The position numbers and the translations under genes were made by a program. The notes beneath the pieces are model-generated. The model was not told where the DNA came from and searched no databases. It was given only the letters and a program-made list of their open reading frames with translations. Of a stretch of 64,000 nucleotides of DNA, positions 13,301 through 26,000 are shown one piece after another. This DNA is from Lingula anatina (lineage: Eukaryota > Animalia > Brachiopoda). Numbering within the stretch: position 1 is the stretch's first letter; each line of letters starts with the position of its first letter. Location of the stretch: positions 19,468,001-19,532,000 of the forward strand of contig CM120641.1 in NCBI GenBank assembly GCA_051362555.1, written 5' to 3'.

Positions 13301-16300
13301 AGCAGATTGAACTTGAAAGTCCTCAAACAGATTGAACTTGAAAGTCCTCATTATTACATGTACTATCTTGATCATTTTTCAAGTTCTCTTACAAGAAATT
13401 CAAGCAAGTCAGGTTATCACCAAAAGTCGAGTGATAGCGCCGTTCATACCGTACATTTTGGATCACAGTGCGTTGTAACCAATAAATTCTACCATTCTGA
13501 GTGACATAAAAGTAACAGTGGGAACAGTAGTACAAAGACCCTTATACATACTTGTTGTCGTAAATATTCCGTAATTCGACTGCACATTTAGTATTTAATG
13601 GCGGTGGTTATTGAAGAAATAGTTATACTCACAAACATGTATTTGTTAAAGTTTCTACGCCTTATAAAAGCTCGACCTTGAAAGTGCGCCAAACATACTG
13701 TTGCGTTTACACCCAATCGTGTCCGACTGCCAAGTGAGCATTCCCGAAGACAGATCACATAACCACGAGTAACCTATTGTTATGCAAATTACTACAAGTA
13801 TGGCTCATTTTAAGTGAGAGGTCGCTACCGAAAGTGTTCACAAATGTTTAATAAATCAGGTGGTGATGCCTTCACATAGGCTGAAAGTTGCGTGTATATT
13901 CGTACCTCTTTACGCTAGATGTGACCAGGGAATTATATCGGTATAATTCCCTGGTCACACCTGGCACAAAAGAGGTACGTATTGATGTCGTAGGTGAATT
14001 CGATTATGCGCGCAACTTTGAGCGTAAAAAATCATACTTTTCCAAAGAATAAAGCAGCGTATGAAAATGTTCTTAAACATGCTCAAAAGGTTTTATCTCC
14101 CTCCGCGTATGCCAACATGAACCACGCCTGCGTACTCGAGATGTATCTACGCCGTAAGTCTAACGGACCCCTACGTTTGTCTGCTTTTGTGCACTTTTTG
14201 TCATACGTTAGTGCTATACGCTAAGTGTGATAGTACTTTAAGGGTGAAACAAGTGATCATCATCTTAGTTGACTTCTGAGACCACTGTGCGCCTTTCCAA
14301 ATGGCATGTGTTAACATTTTTACGGACTTACCGACTCAAATGGAAAGCGGCTATTTCTGCATTATGACGTTCATAATCATTGAAATAGAAAAGATCAGCT
14401 GGTGTTTCATAGTCCCTTGGCTGCCTGTAAAAAAGAACATTTAGAAATGCTATATTAAACGCAATAACATCGAAAGGCACTTGCCCGATTTATAATATAT
14501 TACATTATCTGGATAAAAAAGGCGGCGAACTTCTTTCTAATTTAGATTTCTCAAAGTTTTTCACTACGCTTCAAAGGAATTATTTAGTGTTGCTACATGC
14601 TCTGACAATTTAAGTTCTGACTCGAAAGCTTACGTGCGAGGCGCATTCCTGCAGCGTTCTGTGCAAAAACATAAGTTTAAAGATGCACTTCACCTACCTC
14701 ATAGGTTTCAATGCAGCTTTCTCGCCACTGGAGAATGTAACAAGCAATTTCAACTGTGTTCCTCCGGTCATAGGCTCTGAAAGTAAGTTTCAAACTTCAC
14801 GACACCGCGCTTTATTAAAAATACCGCGTTCCAATGATCTATTGTGGGACTTCTAATTGTTCGATGTCGAACTGTTACAAGAAACTGATATACTGACCGG
14901 CTGCCATGCTATGGAATATGAAAGGTCGGGTTTTGTACTTTGCTGTCTTTAAGAATTTATATATTTGGTAGTGATTCCGCATTACATACTTTATATTCTC
15001 TTTATTCTAGGAGTCGAATCAATGACGTAATAACACAGGTTTTTTTTTAATAGTGTTTTTGCTACTTTTCCATCACTGTTCACAGTCAGTTTCGCTTTAT
15101 TTCATTCAGTCAAAAAAGGTATCTATTTATCTACTGTAATCAAAACTATCTCTCGTAATTATTATATTCTAACTTTACAATAGACCCATTGTCAATTTTT
15201 TCATATTTTGAATATGCACGTTATGTTATAGTAAGCTTCTTCGATGTATGTTAAAATATATACCATACCTACGGCATCGATGGGCAAGGTAGCCATATCT
15301 CTCAATATGTTCTCCACGACACAACCGCGTTCATATAGTGATCTGGAGGTGATGCTCTGGTAAAATGTCTTCCAGCTACTAACAGACGCATTATTACAGA
15401 TCCTGAGAATGGTCTGACTTGAGTATTATGAGTATTATGAGATACGTTATCAATCATGTGCCCAAAATATCCACTCTCAAATTTTGATAATTGTGCCATT
15501 TTTCAGGAAAAGTGCCTTCTCGGAGTAAACACTGATTTATACGCAACCCAGGGTGCGAAAATATTTAGATTAATTACAAAACGCATTTTGCGCATCTAAA
15601 TTTTCACACGGTCTCTTATAATCATAAAAACTGGCTTATTTCATTCTTTATTTTTCCAAAATGTGCAAACATTCAATGATCAAAATCTGCTTGAAAAACG
15701 CAGTGGACACTCCGGAAAAATGTATAACAACACCACGAAACACAATAAAAAATTCTGACGAGAAAACTCGCTATTACTCAGACGACAGACACTCGGTGTC
15801 TAATCAATCGACAATCACCTGACCTCCACCCCAAAACCCCGTGGATCGACATTTGATGAGGTTATGGGTGAAAAAGAAAACCCACAGGCGTCATCCACAG
15901 ATTAGCATGCGTGATGATCAAATAAATGCGCTTCCACGCACAAATCATAGTAGGCGTTTAATTTGCCAATGTTGCACATCTGTGCCTAGCCTGCGACTAA
16001 AACTACACTGCGAAGCTGGCAAATATACAGACACTAAAGAAAAAAAAAACATTCCCATTGCTATAAGTTTTAACACATTCCAGTAAATTGGAACTTTCAG
16101 TCTTTTTAGTTGAACGCCGCTCAGAAATTGATACATTTCATAAAAATGTACCGATCATTCTGAGTTTCGAACTGAGCCTAGCAATTTTATCAAATAATAA
16201 TATCAATAAGAATAATAGCTACTAGTAGTTTTGAACAATACAATACAATAAATTTAATTTCATGTCGGGTATAAATTGATAGGAAACATTAGCTTTACAG

Positions 16301-19300
16301 CTATTCGCCGACTGGAAAGTTAAACATAAATACGGTTCGACACTAGTAAGTTGAACAACAGGCGTATCGGACAATTACGACGCTGACGCAGTGATCAGAA
16401 TGTAAGGGGGTTGTGCGTACGTCATCTGCGGCTTGCATTCCCACACATTTTAGATCGATCTATCCCCGTGGGGAGTCTCGTTAGATTAGGCTACTGTCAG
16501 CTTAGCCGGCTTAAATGTCTGTCCCGCCTACTAATAGCTGTAAGGGGGTAATTAACTTCCGTGCACGCTCGGCTGACAGCAATTTAGCCTGAACCCCCAG
16601 GGTGTTAGGTCACCAGATGGATCGATCTATATCTGTGGGAATGCAGTCTTCGATTGTGCGGTGTTTTTTTAAACAATGTTTATTCAAAAGAAATGGAGGC
16701 AAAGCGATAAAAGCATTAGATGCTCTCCATGTAGAACAAAATTAAATAAGTAAATAAATAAAACAAATGGAAACGTATATGCATATACACAAGAAGCAAC
16801 AGAATAGAATTGTGCGGTATGACGGGAATGATATTAGTAGCTCTCTTATCATTTGAACAGTTCACATTCGCCCCAAATACTGACCCTGATACTGTCTGTT
16901 AATCCTAACCCACACTGATCATATGTGGCCCTGGACTTCCATTCTTAGGACAACCATTTCTATTACACAGGCCTCAGTAGCAGACGAAAAGCGCAGTTCA
17001 TTAAGCGGAGCAATGAGAAAATCGAGGATTTAAACTTATTATTTTACTTTTCAAAATGTCATTAACCTTTTATTTGAGTATATAAATTTGAGTATAATAT
17101 AAAGGATCTAGTCTTTCTGTGTAATTGAACGAATTGTAGTTGGCTGGGCCATGAAACATTGGCGGGATTTCGTATCACCTTTTCCCCCACAGGGTTGCAT
17201 GTTATTTTTCGACATCTTTTTGCTGGCTAGTCGCCGCTCATGGCTTAACGCGTCTGTATAAAACTAGGTAGCAAAGCTGCCAAACATACAGACACCAAAC
17301 AGCAAAAAATGTATGCAAAAATTATTTTTGGAAAACAAACCGGTCGTGCTGATTTTCGAAGGGAATGTACCTTTTACCATAAAGAGCTATTCCCAAAGTT
17401 TTAAGTAACACAGAAATATCATTTTGGGTGGACAACAGATGCAACAGCTTCGGCAACGACACGGATAGACATAGGGCCCGTACCTCGAAAGCATCGCGAA
17501 TAGCGATATCACATAGAGGCTACAATGTATTATATGGGCCGAGTATGGGCGATTTATGGAATCGAGACGCTTGCGCTCGGTCGCAATGCGCGATGCTTTC
17601 GAGTTACGGGGCCATGGTGACCAAAATACAGACAGACACTTAGACCATAGATTTTAGATCGATCTATCCCTGTGGGGAGTCTCACTAGATTACTGTCAGC
17701 TTAGCCGGCTTAAGCGTCTGTTCCGCCTACTAAAAGCTGTAAGGGGGTAATTAATATGGTGCGCGCTCGGCTGACTGCAATTTAGCGTGAACCCCCAGGG
17801 AGTTAGGTCGATCTAAATCTTAATCTAAATCTCTAGGAATGCACCCATACAGTGTATGCAGGGCCGGGTTTGGGTGTCTTGTTGCCCTAAGCACTACAAA
17901 CACCATGGTAACCCCATGGTAGTGAACCATTAGTACTGATAGTCTTCTAAAATTGCATACATGAGATATGCATATTTGTTTAAGTTTTAATTATTCAAAT
18001 GCATATAGGCATGACATGTTGTATTTCAGTTTAAGAGAAATTAATTTAAAATGTAAATCAAGATATAATTTAAATGTATTTACAATGAAGTTTTAATGTA
18101 CATAGGCATGGCATGTTTCATGTCAGTTATGAAAGTTAATTCAAAATGTAAAGAAATGTAAAGGTATAGAGAAATGGAGGTACCCACCTCATTGCAAAAT
18201 AAGGCAGTGACAGACACAGCGAAATATATAGTCTGAGAAAGAGATAGACTGAGAGAGTTAGAGACATAGTTATAGATACCGCAGAGAGAGATGGAGAAAG
18301 AGAACAGAGACCTGAGTTGTACAGTCGATTGAATAAATCATGTAGCAGTAAACTATACCTGCCTGTCTCAGTTGACTTATTGGTGAAAAAGTATCTCTAA
18401 GAAGGTGTGTATAACCACCAACTGGTTATTACACCATGCCTGAACAGGTAAGCATGCTTTGCACATTTAAGTCCAATTAATATTTACTTATTATCTATTC
18501 TTCTATTATTTCTACCTTTTTTGTTCTTTTCTCTCCGTCATCCAAACATCATTTCTCAATTTTTTAAAACTGTTTCTCTCCCCCCCCCCCCTTTATATAC
18601 TTTTTTACTGTAGCAGCTTGGTCTGCTTGGTGCCCCTTTAGCCGTGGTGCCCGAACCACGCGCTTTTCTGCCGAAAAAAGTCGGAATGTCAGTAGCACCA
18701 GACCGGTTGTAGTTCGGATTAATAAGGCTCACTTTGATACAGCTTAAAAGTACTTCTGTATCATAAATTAACTGTACGTAAAATAAAATGGCGATTTGCA
18801 CGCTTCTTGGAGATACTCTGTACAAATGGCCTACATTACATACCTACACATCTGTGAAAATATCTTGTGAAAAAACAATCTGTCGCCCTGGTACTTGTGG
18901 TAGAGGGTACAAATGACCTACGAATGCGCGGCCCGAACCAACTCTCCTTCCTACTGAAGCAGCGAAAAGTTGGCTTGTTTCATGCGAATACTGACGTACG
19001 CTATACTGACTGGCAACTTACTTAGAACTTTTATTTCCTTGCAAATAACATGGATCTGTAGTGGACAACCTTCGAAGTGAAGCACGACTTGAAATTTCCC
19101 TGCCCCCGTTGATGGCTTCATTGCCGGTCTGTACAGAATTACTTGTTACAGTGAAACTCCGTATAGTTTTGAATGTTCGTTTAGTCCTAGTTTGCCGTGT
19201 TTCTGGATCTTCACAGCTTCCCTTTGGACTCCAGAGCCAGTGAAATGCAAGGTTTCCTGGACCCATTGCCACGTTTAAATATAACAGTATCCCCAACACA

Positions 19301-19329
19301 CTTAAAATAAGACGCACTTTAACTTTCAT
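10332..19329 (-). CDS. FAM20C: FAM20C-like secretory-pathway (Golgi casein) kinase, 8 coding exons, about 461 aa
   Basis: Exons 19329-19022, 15402-15269, 14776-14698, 14424-14332, 11908-11793, 11545-11252, 10972-10891, 10611-10332 total 1386 nt in frame. N-terminal signal/TM segment [20 protein letters not shown]; motifs [84 protein letters not shown]. An in-frame upstream ATG at 19365 is an alternative start. Confidence 0.93.
12150..12263 (+). repeat. Possible retroposon 3'-end fragment
   Basis: AGTCGGCGACTAG...ACCGACATG...AATAAACTATTAAAC. A related string (AGTCGGCGAATAG...ACCCGACATG...ATTAAA plus an ATTGT-repeat tail) lies on the - strand at about 16235-16320. Family not identified. Confidence 0.3.
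12275..12586. mobile_element. Non-autonomous DNA transposon (MITE) with CAG termini and a 5-bp TSD, hAT-like
   Basis: Left end CAGGGGCGGATCC; right end AAACCGCCACTG (reverse complement CAGTGGCGGTTT). CACCA flanks both sides (12270-12274, 12587-12591). Internal G and C runs, no ORF. Confidence 0.8.
13303..13350. repeat. Short tandem duplication, 2 x 23 bp
   Basis: CAGATTGAACTTGAAAGTCCTCA at 13303-13325 and 13328-13350. Confidence 0.9.
13882..14022. repeat. Imperfect palindrome, probable MITE remnant
   Basis: Core hairpin 13901-13979 (CGTACCTCTTT...TGTGACCAGGGAATTATA / TATAATTCCCTGGTCACA...AAAGAGGTACG) with outer arms AAAGTTGCGTGTATATTCG and CGATTATGCGCGCAACTTT. Confidence 0.75.
16434..16645. 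mobile_element. MITE-like element, copy A
   Basis: Terminal inverted repeats TGCATTCCCACACATTTTAGATCGATC and GATCGATCTATATCTGTGGGAATGCA. The body is shared with 17645-17843. Confidence 0.8.
17474..17613. mobile_element. Small MITE with 25-bp TIRs and GG(G/C)CC-type ends, possibly PIF/Harbinger-like
   Basis: GGGCCCGTACCTCGAAAGCATCGCG against the reverse complement of the right end, GGCCCCGTAACTCGAAAGCATCGCG (2 mismatches). TSD unclear. Confidence 0.72.
17645..17843. mobile_element. MITE-like element, copy B (same orientation as copy A)
   Basis: Shares ATTTTAGATCGATCTATCCC, TACTGTCAGCTTAGCCGGCTTAA, AGCTGTAAGGGGGTAATTAA, CGCTCGGCTGAC, GAACCCCCAGGG and GGAATGCA with copy A. Its left end is degraded. 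Confidence 0.8.
17869..18690. mobile_element. Degenerate hAT-like non-autonomous element
   Basis: Begins CAGGGCCGGGTTT...GCCCTAAGCAC, a hAT-MITE-like end. A degraded counterpart GGTGCCCGAACCACGCGCTT lies near 18645-18670, and there is an internal degenerate GA-rich tract at about 18210-18310. Right TIR and TSD not resolved. Confidence 0.35.
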
Positions 19330-22300
19330 GTTGAGATTATGATAGTGTGACGGGAAATTTCTCATTTATTCGTTTGGAATCATGAAATTCAATACGCAGA
19401 ATGACAAAAAGCAAAGTTTAGGTCAAAAACGTCGTCTAGGAAAATGAGACAAAGAATGACATTCACGTTACACTGATGAAATCATTTTACTGATTGCTTC
19501 ACTTGGTGCTAAACGAAGCTATTTATTTGATATAAACACTAATCACGCAAGTTGTACATGTTTTAACACAAGAGTACAAAGAATAAATTATATACAACGC
19601 AGGAATACTTCATGATCTTAAATAGTGCAAAGATATGATATGACTAAAACATTCGGGGTTTCCCCAATATTTAATCGCCAATTTATAATCGTCTTAGTTC
19701 TTAACACAACTTAGGAAAAAAGAAACCGACCTAACTATATTGCTTGGCACGGAAATCATTTACAAACATTGTCTGGGAAGGTGGAAGATGTATTGTTAAA
19801 TGTTAAATTTCGTTTTAATATTCTATAAATGACCATGATAGTTGTTACATGTATGTATAAGTAGTTTACACTTGAAAAACAAGAGGATGGATTTCTAGAT
19901 AGTATTTTAACATTAGTATCTTGATCTACGTCAATGCATTTCTTTCTCTTATGGTCGCAGGCTAACTGAGCTATATATACTGAGCTGTATATCAAAGATT
20001 TCAAATAAAAAATAAAAAATGTGCACAAAAATCAACAATTATGAAATCCTGATTTAAAAACTGGTAGCTATTACATATTCTGTCTACATCAATAAATGTG
20101 TTCAGTATATTCGATTCAGTTCAGTGAAATGCTGATATCAACTTAAATATATTTGCATTTGATGACCTTATGAGCATGATATATTAGCGACTAAGGGATG
20201 AAAGAGGTGTGGCTGCCTCCTATACATGCACCACCAGTTGGGTTAAGCAAATCGGGGAATAATACACAGATGCAATTTTATTTCAAATTGGTAATTTGTG
20301 ATATGTGATCACATGAAGTGAACTTGGTATGGTTCAAAAGGAATGGTATTCTTTGCTGAATGTATAACTGCTTTCCATTTAAAAAGATTCCATTCGCTTT
20401 TTAATTTTTTTTCCTTAGGATTCCTTCATGGGCTGCTTCTGAAATGGAGCAAAAATAGATATTTGACTCTCATGCAATTTTTTTCAAGTTAATCTAGTTC
20501 AAAACAGAAATTTCTTATAAGCAATGCACACAAAATATCAGAAAATACATGTTCCATAAAGAAAAATCTCTCCTTCATCACTGGTGGGTGCAAATTAAGC
20601 AAACTGCAGAGCTGATTTCTTATTGGAAGCAATTTTTCTACTTCATCATCCCTAAAACAAAGAAACATGCATTGATATCAAATGGACCAAATATTTTATA
20701 TGCATCTACATGAAAAATCCAGTCTATTACAAAAAAAATCTCTCAGACAATGATTTATTAGTTATAAACAGCAACTTGCAGAAATTCATGCTGAAAAACG
20801 AGAACTCCTCACATGTAATGCGACAAAGTATGAAACTTAATCACAAAGCAATTAAAAAAACAAGAAATCTCCTTCCATGTAGACATGTAAAATTAACTAT
20901 AAAAAGCAACTAACAGATTGTCTTCATGTTCTCACGAACTGCAACGTGTAACCTTAAATCACAAAATTCATTATGGAACGAGTATACTCTTCTAAATTGA
21001 AATGTCAGTTAAGGTAATGAGCAAACTATGACATAAGTTATACTTCATGGAAAAAGTCAGGCATAAATCAAGCCCAATTAGATTAATGGAATTCTTTTGA
21101 AAAAAAGTTTTCTTAGAAAGCAAATTTGATCTTAAAAACCATAAGATTCTTTAAGTGATAATTTGACAAAACATACAATGCTTTATCTATAATCAAAATT
21201 TAATTAGAGCAGATATGAAGTACCTCATTTTAACAAGTCAAATGGTTATATCTAGAAGACACACATTTGGTCCTTGCTAATTAATATATGTCAAATTAAG
21301 AACCTTCTTGACCATTAAATGAATTGACCTCAACTTACCATGATTTTTCACTCAAGAGAGTAAGAAGTTACTCCAAGTTCTCTTCTGGGCCGACCTCTTC
21401 ATATGTCACCAATGCTTCATACACTTTATATGCAGTCGTCTTCTGGATCTGGCCAATAGCATAGAGATAATAACCGTAATGGAAATATATCCTTCATATG
21501 GATGTATATGTATTTTCTTATATATATCTGCAATTGCAATCGATAGCCCGAGGTCCGTACAAATATATTTCATCCTGTACAACGCTACTCCCCGTATGTA
21601 TGAGCATCATCATTTACTCCATTAACATTTGATTTCTTATATCTATCTTCATTGTTATTTTTAATTTTTGATTTAATATAAACTGTTGTCCATGATGTAT
21701 GGTGACAAATATGTCTACGCGACCGGGGTTATAACCTTGTCACAATAGTAAAATAATATTCTATAGATTGGCCTTCTTTGAGACCAATTTCTGCAGCAAC
21801 TCTATATAACAAGAAATAAAATGAACATAAGCACTCGACAACAGCATCATACGTACATCAAACAATGTTATATCTAACGTAAGGTGTTACTGTATATTAT
21901 GAGGGGAATGCAAAATGCATAAATGATCATTACTCGCTCAAATTGCTGTACATCTTTGAAAAAGAGGGACGAAATAAATCATTTCCCCTTCCAAGAAAGG
22001 TCATAAACTAAAAGTGCCTCCTTTTAGTTTTAGTCACTCAGTAAGATACTAATTTTGTAAGGAATCTCGCACAACTATATTTAATTACGTTTAGTCACAA
22101 GCGTCAATAAGTAATATCACCAACCAGGAGAAGAGTTCAGCACCTATGAAAGCCAAATTTTTTAACCTTAAAATTAAGGAACATGGACATTTTCAATGTA
22201 GTCATTTCTTTTCGGTTAAAACACAGATTGGACCAACCCTGCCAGTGCACATTTTCAAAACATTTCATGTACAAACTCAGACAAAAGCAACGGTCAGTGA

Positions 22301-23067
22301 TATCTATGGTCATCTCTAGTGATTTGATTTTCAGCACTTTGCAATGGTGAATGTGGAAGCTTGCATCCTCATAGTAAAATCTATGATACAGGAACAACCC
22401 ACTTCACCATCACTGGCTAATGGGTATCTGCATCCAGATGCAAGAAGTCTCTGCTAGAATTAAGATGCAAACTGCATATGAATTGTGTTCATCTGATGAA
22501 GAAAAATGCACCTCTGAGATTTAAAAAACAAGAAAAATGTGCATTGTGTTCTTTATAAGCACATATTATTGAACATAAAAAAGAGTGAATCCATCCCCAA
22601 AATGCCAATCACAATAAATAAAAGTTACATGATTTTCAGTTCATGACATGAGATTGCAAAACCAGGAATTTAGAAGCACACTATAATATACCTTACTTAA
22701 TGTTTAAAGATATTATGCATAAAATATCTGACTTCATGGTAAAATTTCCCTAATCACAACCTTTCCTTCATTTAGTGCTGTATCTTGTATGAGAATCAGA
22801 ACAGATGCTTAATTTATTTTAAAACATTTCAAATGTGTAAGTCTGAATTTGTGACTGATAAATTATTGTTAAATAATTTAAAAATGTAATACTGAATGTT
22901 GTTACAATGCTTTATCCTAAGCGCTTAATACTTTCTACATCTTACATCAATCTTACACATTACTTGAAACATTTTGGATGTATTTCACTGGATATGTTCT
23001 TCTGACAGTGCATATCATAATTATGATGATTAAACCCATTTTATCAGCACCTTTCTCTGAAATAGTT

Positions 23068-26000
23068 TTATTTGTTTTTGGCAAATGTTCTTTCCAATAT
23101 GTCCAGAACTTCTCTCTGGTGCACTTGTCCAATGCCGACTGCAGGTGCTGCCAGCGGTCCACGTCCAACATATGCCAGCTGATTGAAATAGAAATAATAG
23201 CATTATTCAAGAGGAATATTAAATCTTTACATAAGAATCTAAATTTTGCAAGTAGCTTCCCTATAAAATTTATTGACCGTATGTATTTCTATAAAGTTCA
23301 ACGAGTACATGTGCTTCTCTAAATTCTATTTAAACACAAGTAGTTAAAATATTACATTATCTTCTTTTCTTGGTTGCCAGAGAAAGTGTAAGAATTTCAC
23401 TACTTATTCAAATTTCTCAATTTTTACTGTACAATTCATTTACATTATCCATTCTCAGTTCTTTGTTTCATAAATTGTTTGTTATTTTACAATTTCATTT
23501 AAAAATACAGTACAGCAGTCACCAAAAAAGAAAAAAAACCCAGTTTATAACCAGTTTTAAAAAACAAAATTAGTTTTTCTTTTTACCTTGCAGCCGACAA
23601 CTTTTTCAAATCTTGGTGCTACAAAGGACCAGGCTCCTGAATTTTGGTGTTCCTCCTGACTCCAAATGAATTCTAAAACATCCAGAATATACAGTTTGCA
23701 TTTGATGAGAATATGATTATCATAAAATTGATATTATTATTCTGGAACTTCATGATTTGAGTACTGGCAAAAAAGCAGTTCATTTTGCAGATTTTTAGAT
23801 ATTATCTGCCATAAATCATGTGTAAAAGCTTGTAATTTTAACCTACCTGTAGCACTTTTGTATTTGTTCAATTCTTGCCTAAGAGATTCTGCTGGGAATG
23901 GACAGAGACACTGTTGAAATAAAAAAAAGTTTTGAAATTTGTATTAAAAAGTACACAGTTTTTAATATTATAAAAGTGCTCAACATTTACTTTACACCTG
24001 TACCCCTGTCAACAAAGTACATAAGACAAAATCAATTAATAAATCAATATAATTATTAGGCTGTGAACATTTATCTACCCTGAAAAGTAATGTATAATAA
24101 CTTTCATACACCAGACTTCATCTGAGCCAACCTTTCATTTTCAAAAACGTCCCTTTCCTTATGGGAAATTAATTTAAAGTTCCATTATCTATTAGTATGA
24201 ACCATACATACCTCAAGTCTGATAAGTGCAGTATCTTTAGCTCCAACTGTTTCTCTCTGTTTATGCAAGGCATAGTAGTGCTTCCCAGAACAGAACACTA
24301 CCCTCTTGACAGCACTGCCATCTATTTCATTGTCTCCCAGTACTGGACAGAATGTCTTGCCTGGTGCCAGATCCAACAAGCTTGACGTAGCTGCAGGAAG
24401 CCGCAATATCATCTTAGGAGAGGCCACAATAAGGGGTTTTCTGAAATTCCGCACCATCTACAAAGCAAACCAACAAGACAATATTCAAATCATTTTTATA
24501 TATGTTAATAAATCTTTAAAAGTACATTAATTAATATATTATTATAATAAGCAAATAATAATGCCTAAGAAGAGACTGACAGCAGAGCATTATGTCATAT
24601 GAGATTAGATAAAGTGCAAGGATCCTCAGGAAGTGGGGTTAACTTATTTAAAACCTTCAAAGCTATAAGGGTATGTCATCTTGGAAAAGTGAGATACAAA
24701 AAAAAAAAAAAATGGTGAAATCATATTGTTCTATCATATAAGCTATTTTAGTTGATGCTCTGCAGTCAATGATCTAACATAATTTCTGACTCCACTCTTC
24801 TCCAAATCTTCCTCCAAATCCAGCAAAATCATGCTTCAATTTATGATACTTTGGGCTACCTCAAGATGCTGCCCATTACATTTCATAGCAATTTTTTGCT
24901 CTGATCATGTCTTAATGGCTAAAACTTAAATTGAAAAATACACAAAGTAAAATATTTTATAAAATGAAAGAATCAAAATTGATTTTAAAGGTACCTACCT
25001 GCCTCCTGAGGAGATGAAAATACTGGGCAGGTGTTGTGGGATTTACAATTTGCCAGTTGACATCATCCCCATCAAAACCATCTTCCTTGCTATCACATTG
25101 CTGATCAAAATATGAAGTTTGTGGTTTGTCATTTGAATTTAAACCCTTCAAAGTAACTGGTGGTGGGTGGGGGGTATGTCAAAAATAATGGATGTCTTAA
25201 TTCTATACCTTTATGTGACAAATGGTGAAACTATGTTTTGAGGCAACCAACTGTACAAACACAACATGAAAGAAAGACAAGAAGAAAACAAAGAAAAATA
25301 CATATCACAAAAACTCTTTTAAGAGAGTTTGCTGAAAGCTTTCACAAACTTTAACCCACCATATATATAAAATGATTACAGATATTTGGCTCTCTACATA
25401 TATGGCATTGGTATACATGTTAAAGTACATGTACCAACCAGTAGGAATCTTTCAATTCTGCAAGAAGAGTGCTCAGGGCCTGCACCATCCATACCATGGG
25501 GTAACAACATCACCAAGCCACTCTGTAGGAGCCATTTGGCTAATATGAAATACAATGAAAAAGTTTTGAGTCTAAAATAACAAAAGTCATTCTATTAACA
25601 TTTGTATGGAATGGACTAGGCATGTTAAAGTAGTTTTAATTATAAATATTGTTGACAATTTTTGCAAAAAAGGACTTACAATCTAATTAACACTTTCAGA
25701 CATTAAACATTTTTAGGCTTTGTTCACATGGAATGTCTATTTTCTAAAAATCTATTTTCTATTCTCGCTATCTTATGATCATGGTCTGTGCCCTGAATAT
25801 CCCGCCGCGTAATTACTGGCAGTGCAAGCCAGTTACTTATAGTAACTAATAGTAACTGGCTCGCGCTGCCAGTAATTACGCCGTGGGATATTCAGGGCAC
25901 AGACCATGATTATAAGACATACCGCAAATAGAAAATAGAATTTAGAAAATAGATATTGCATGTGAATGAAGCCTTAGTCTGTCCAAACATATTAACCTTC

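Noticed and set aside
21368-21495. - strand peptide FHYGYYLYA resembling the GH81 glucanase motif
   Set aside because: Bounded by stop codons, lacks the preceding DHH and has no further similarity; treated as chance.
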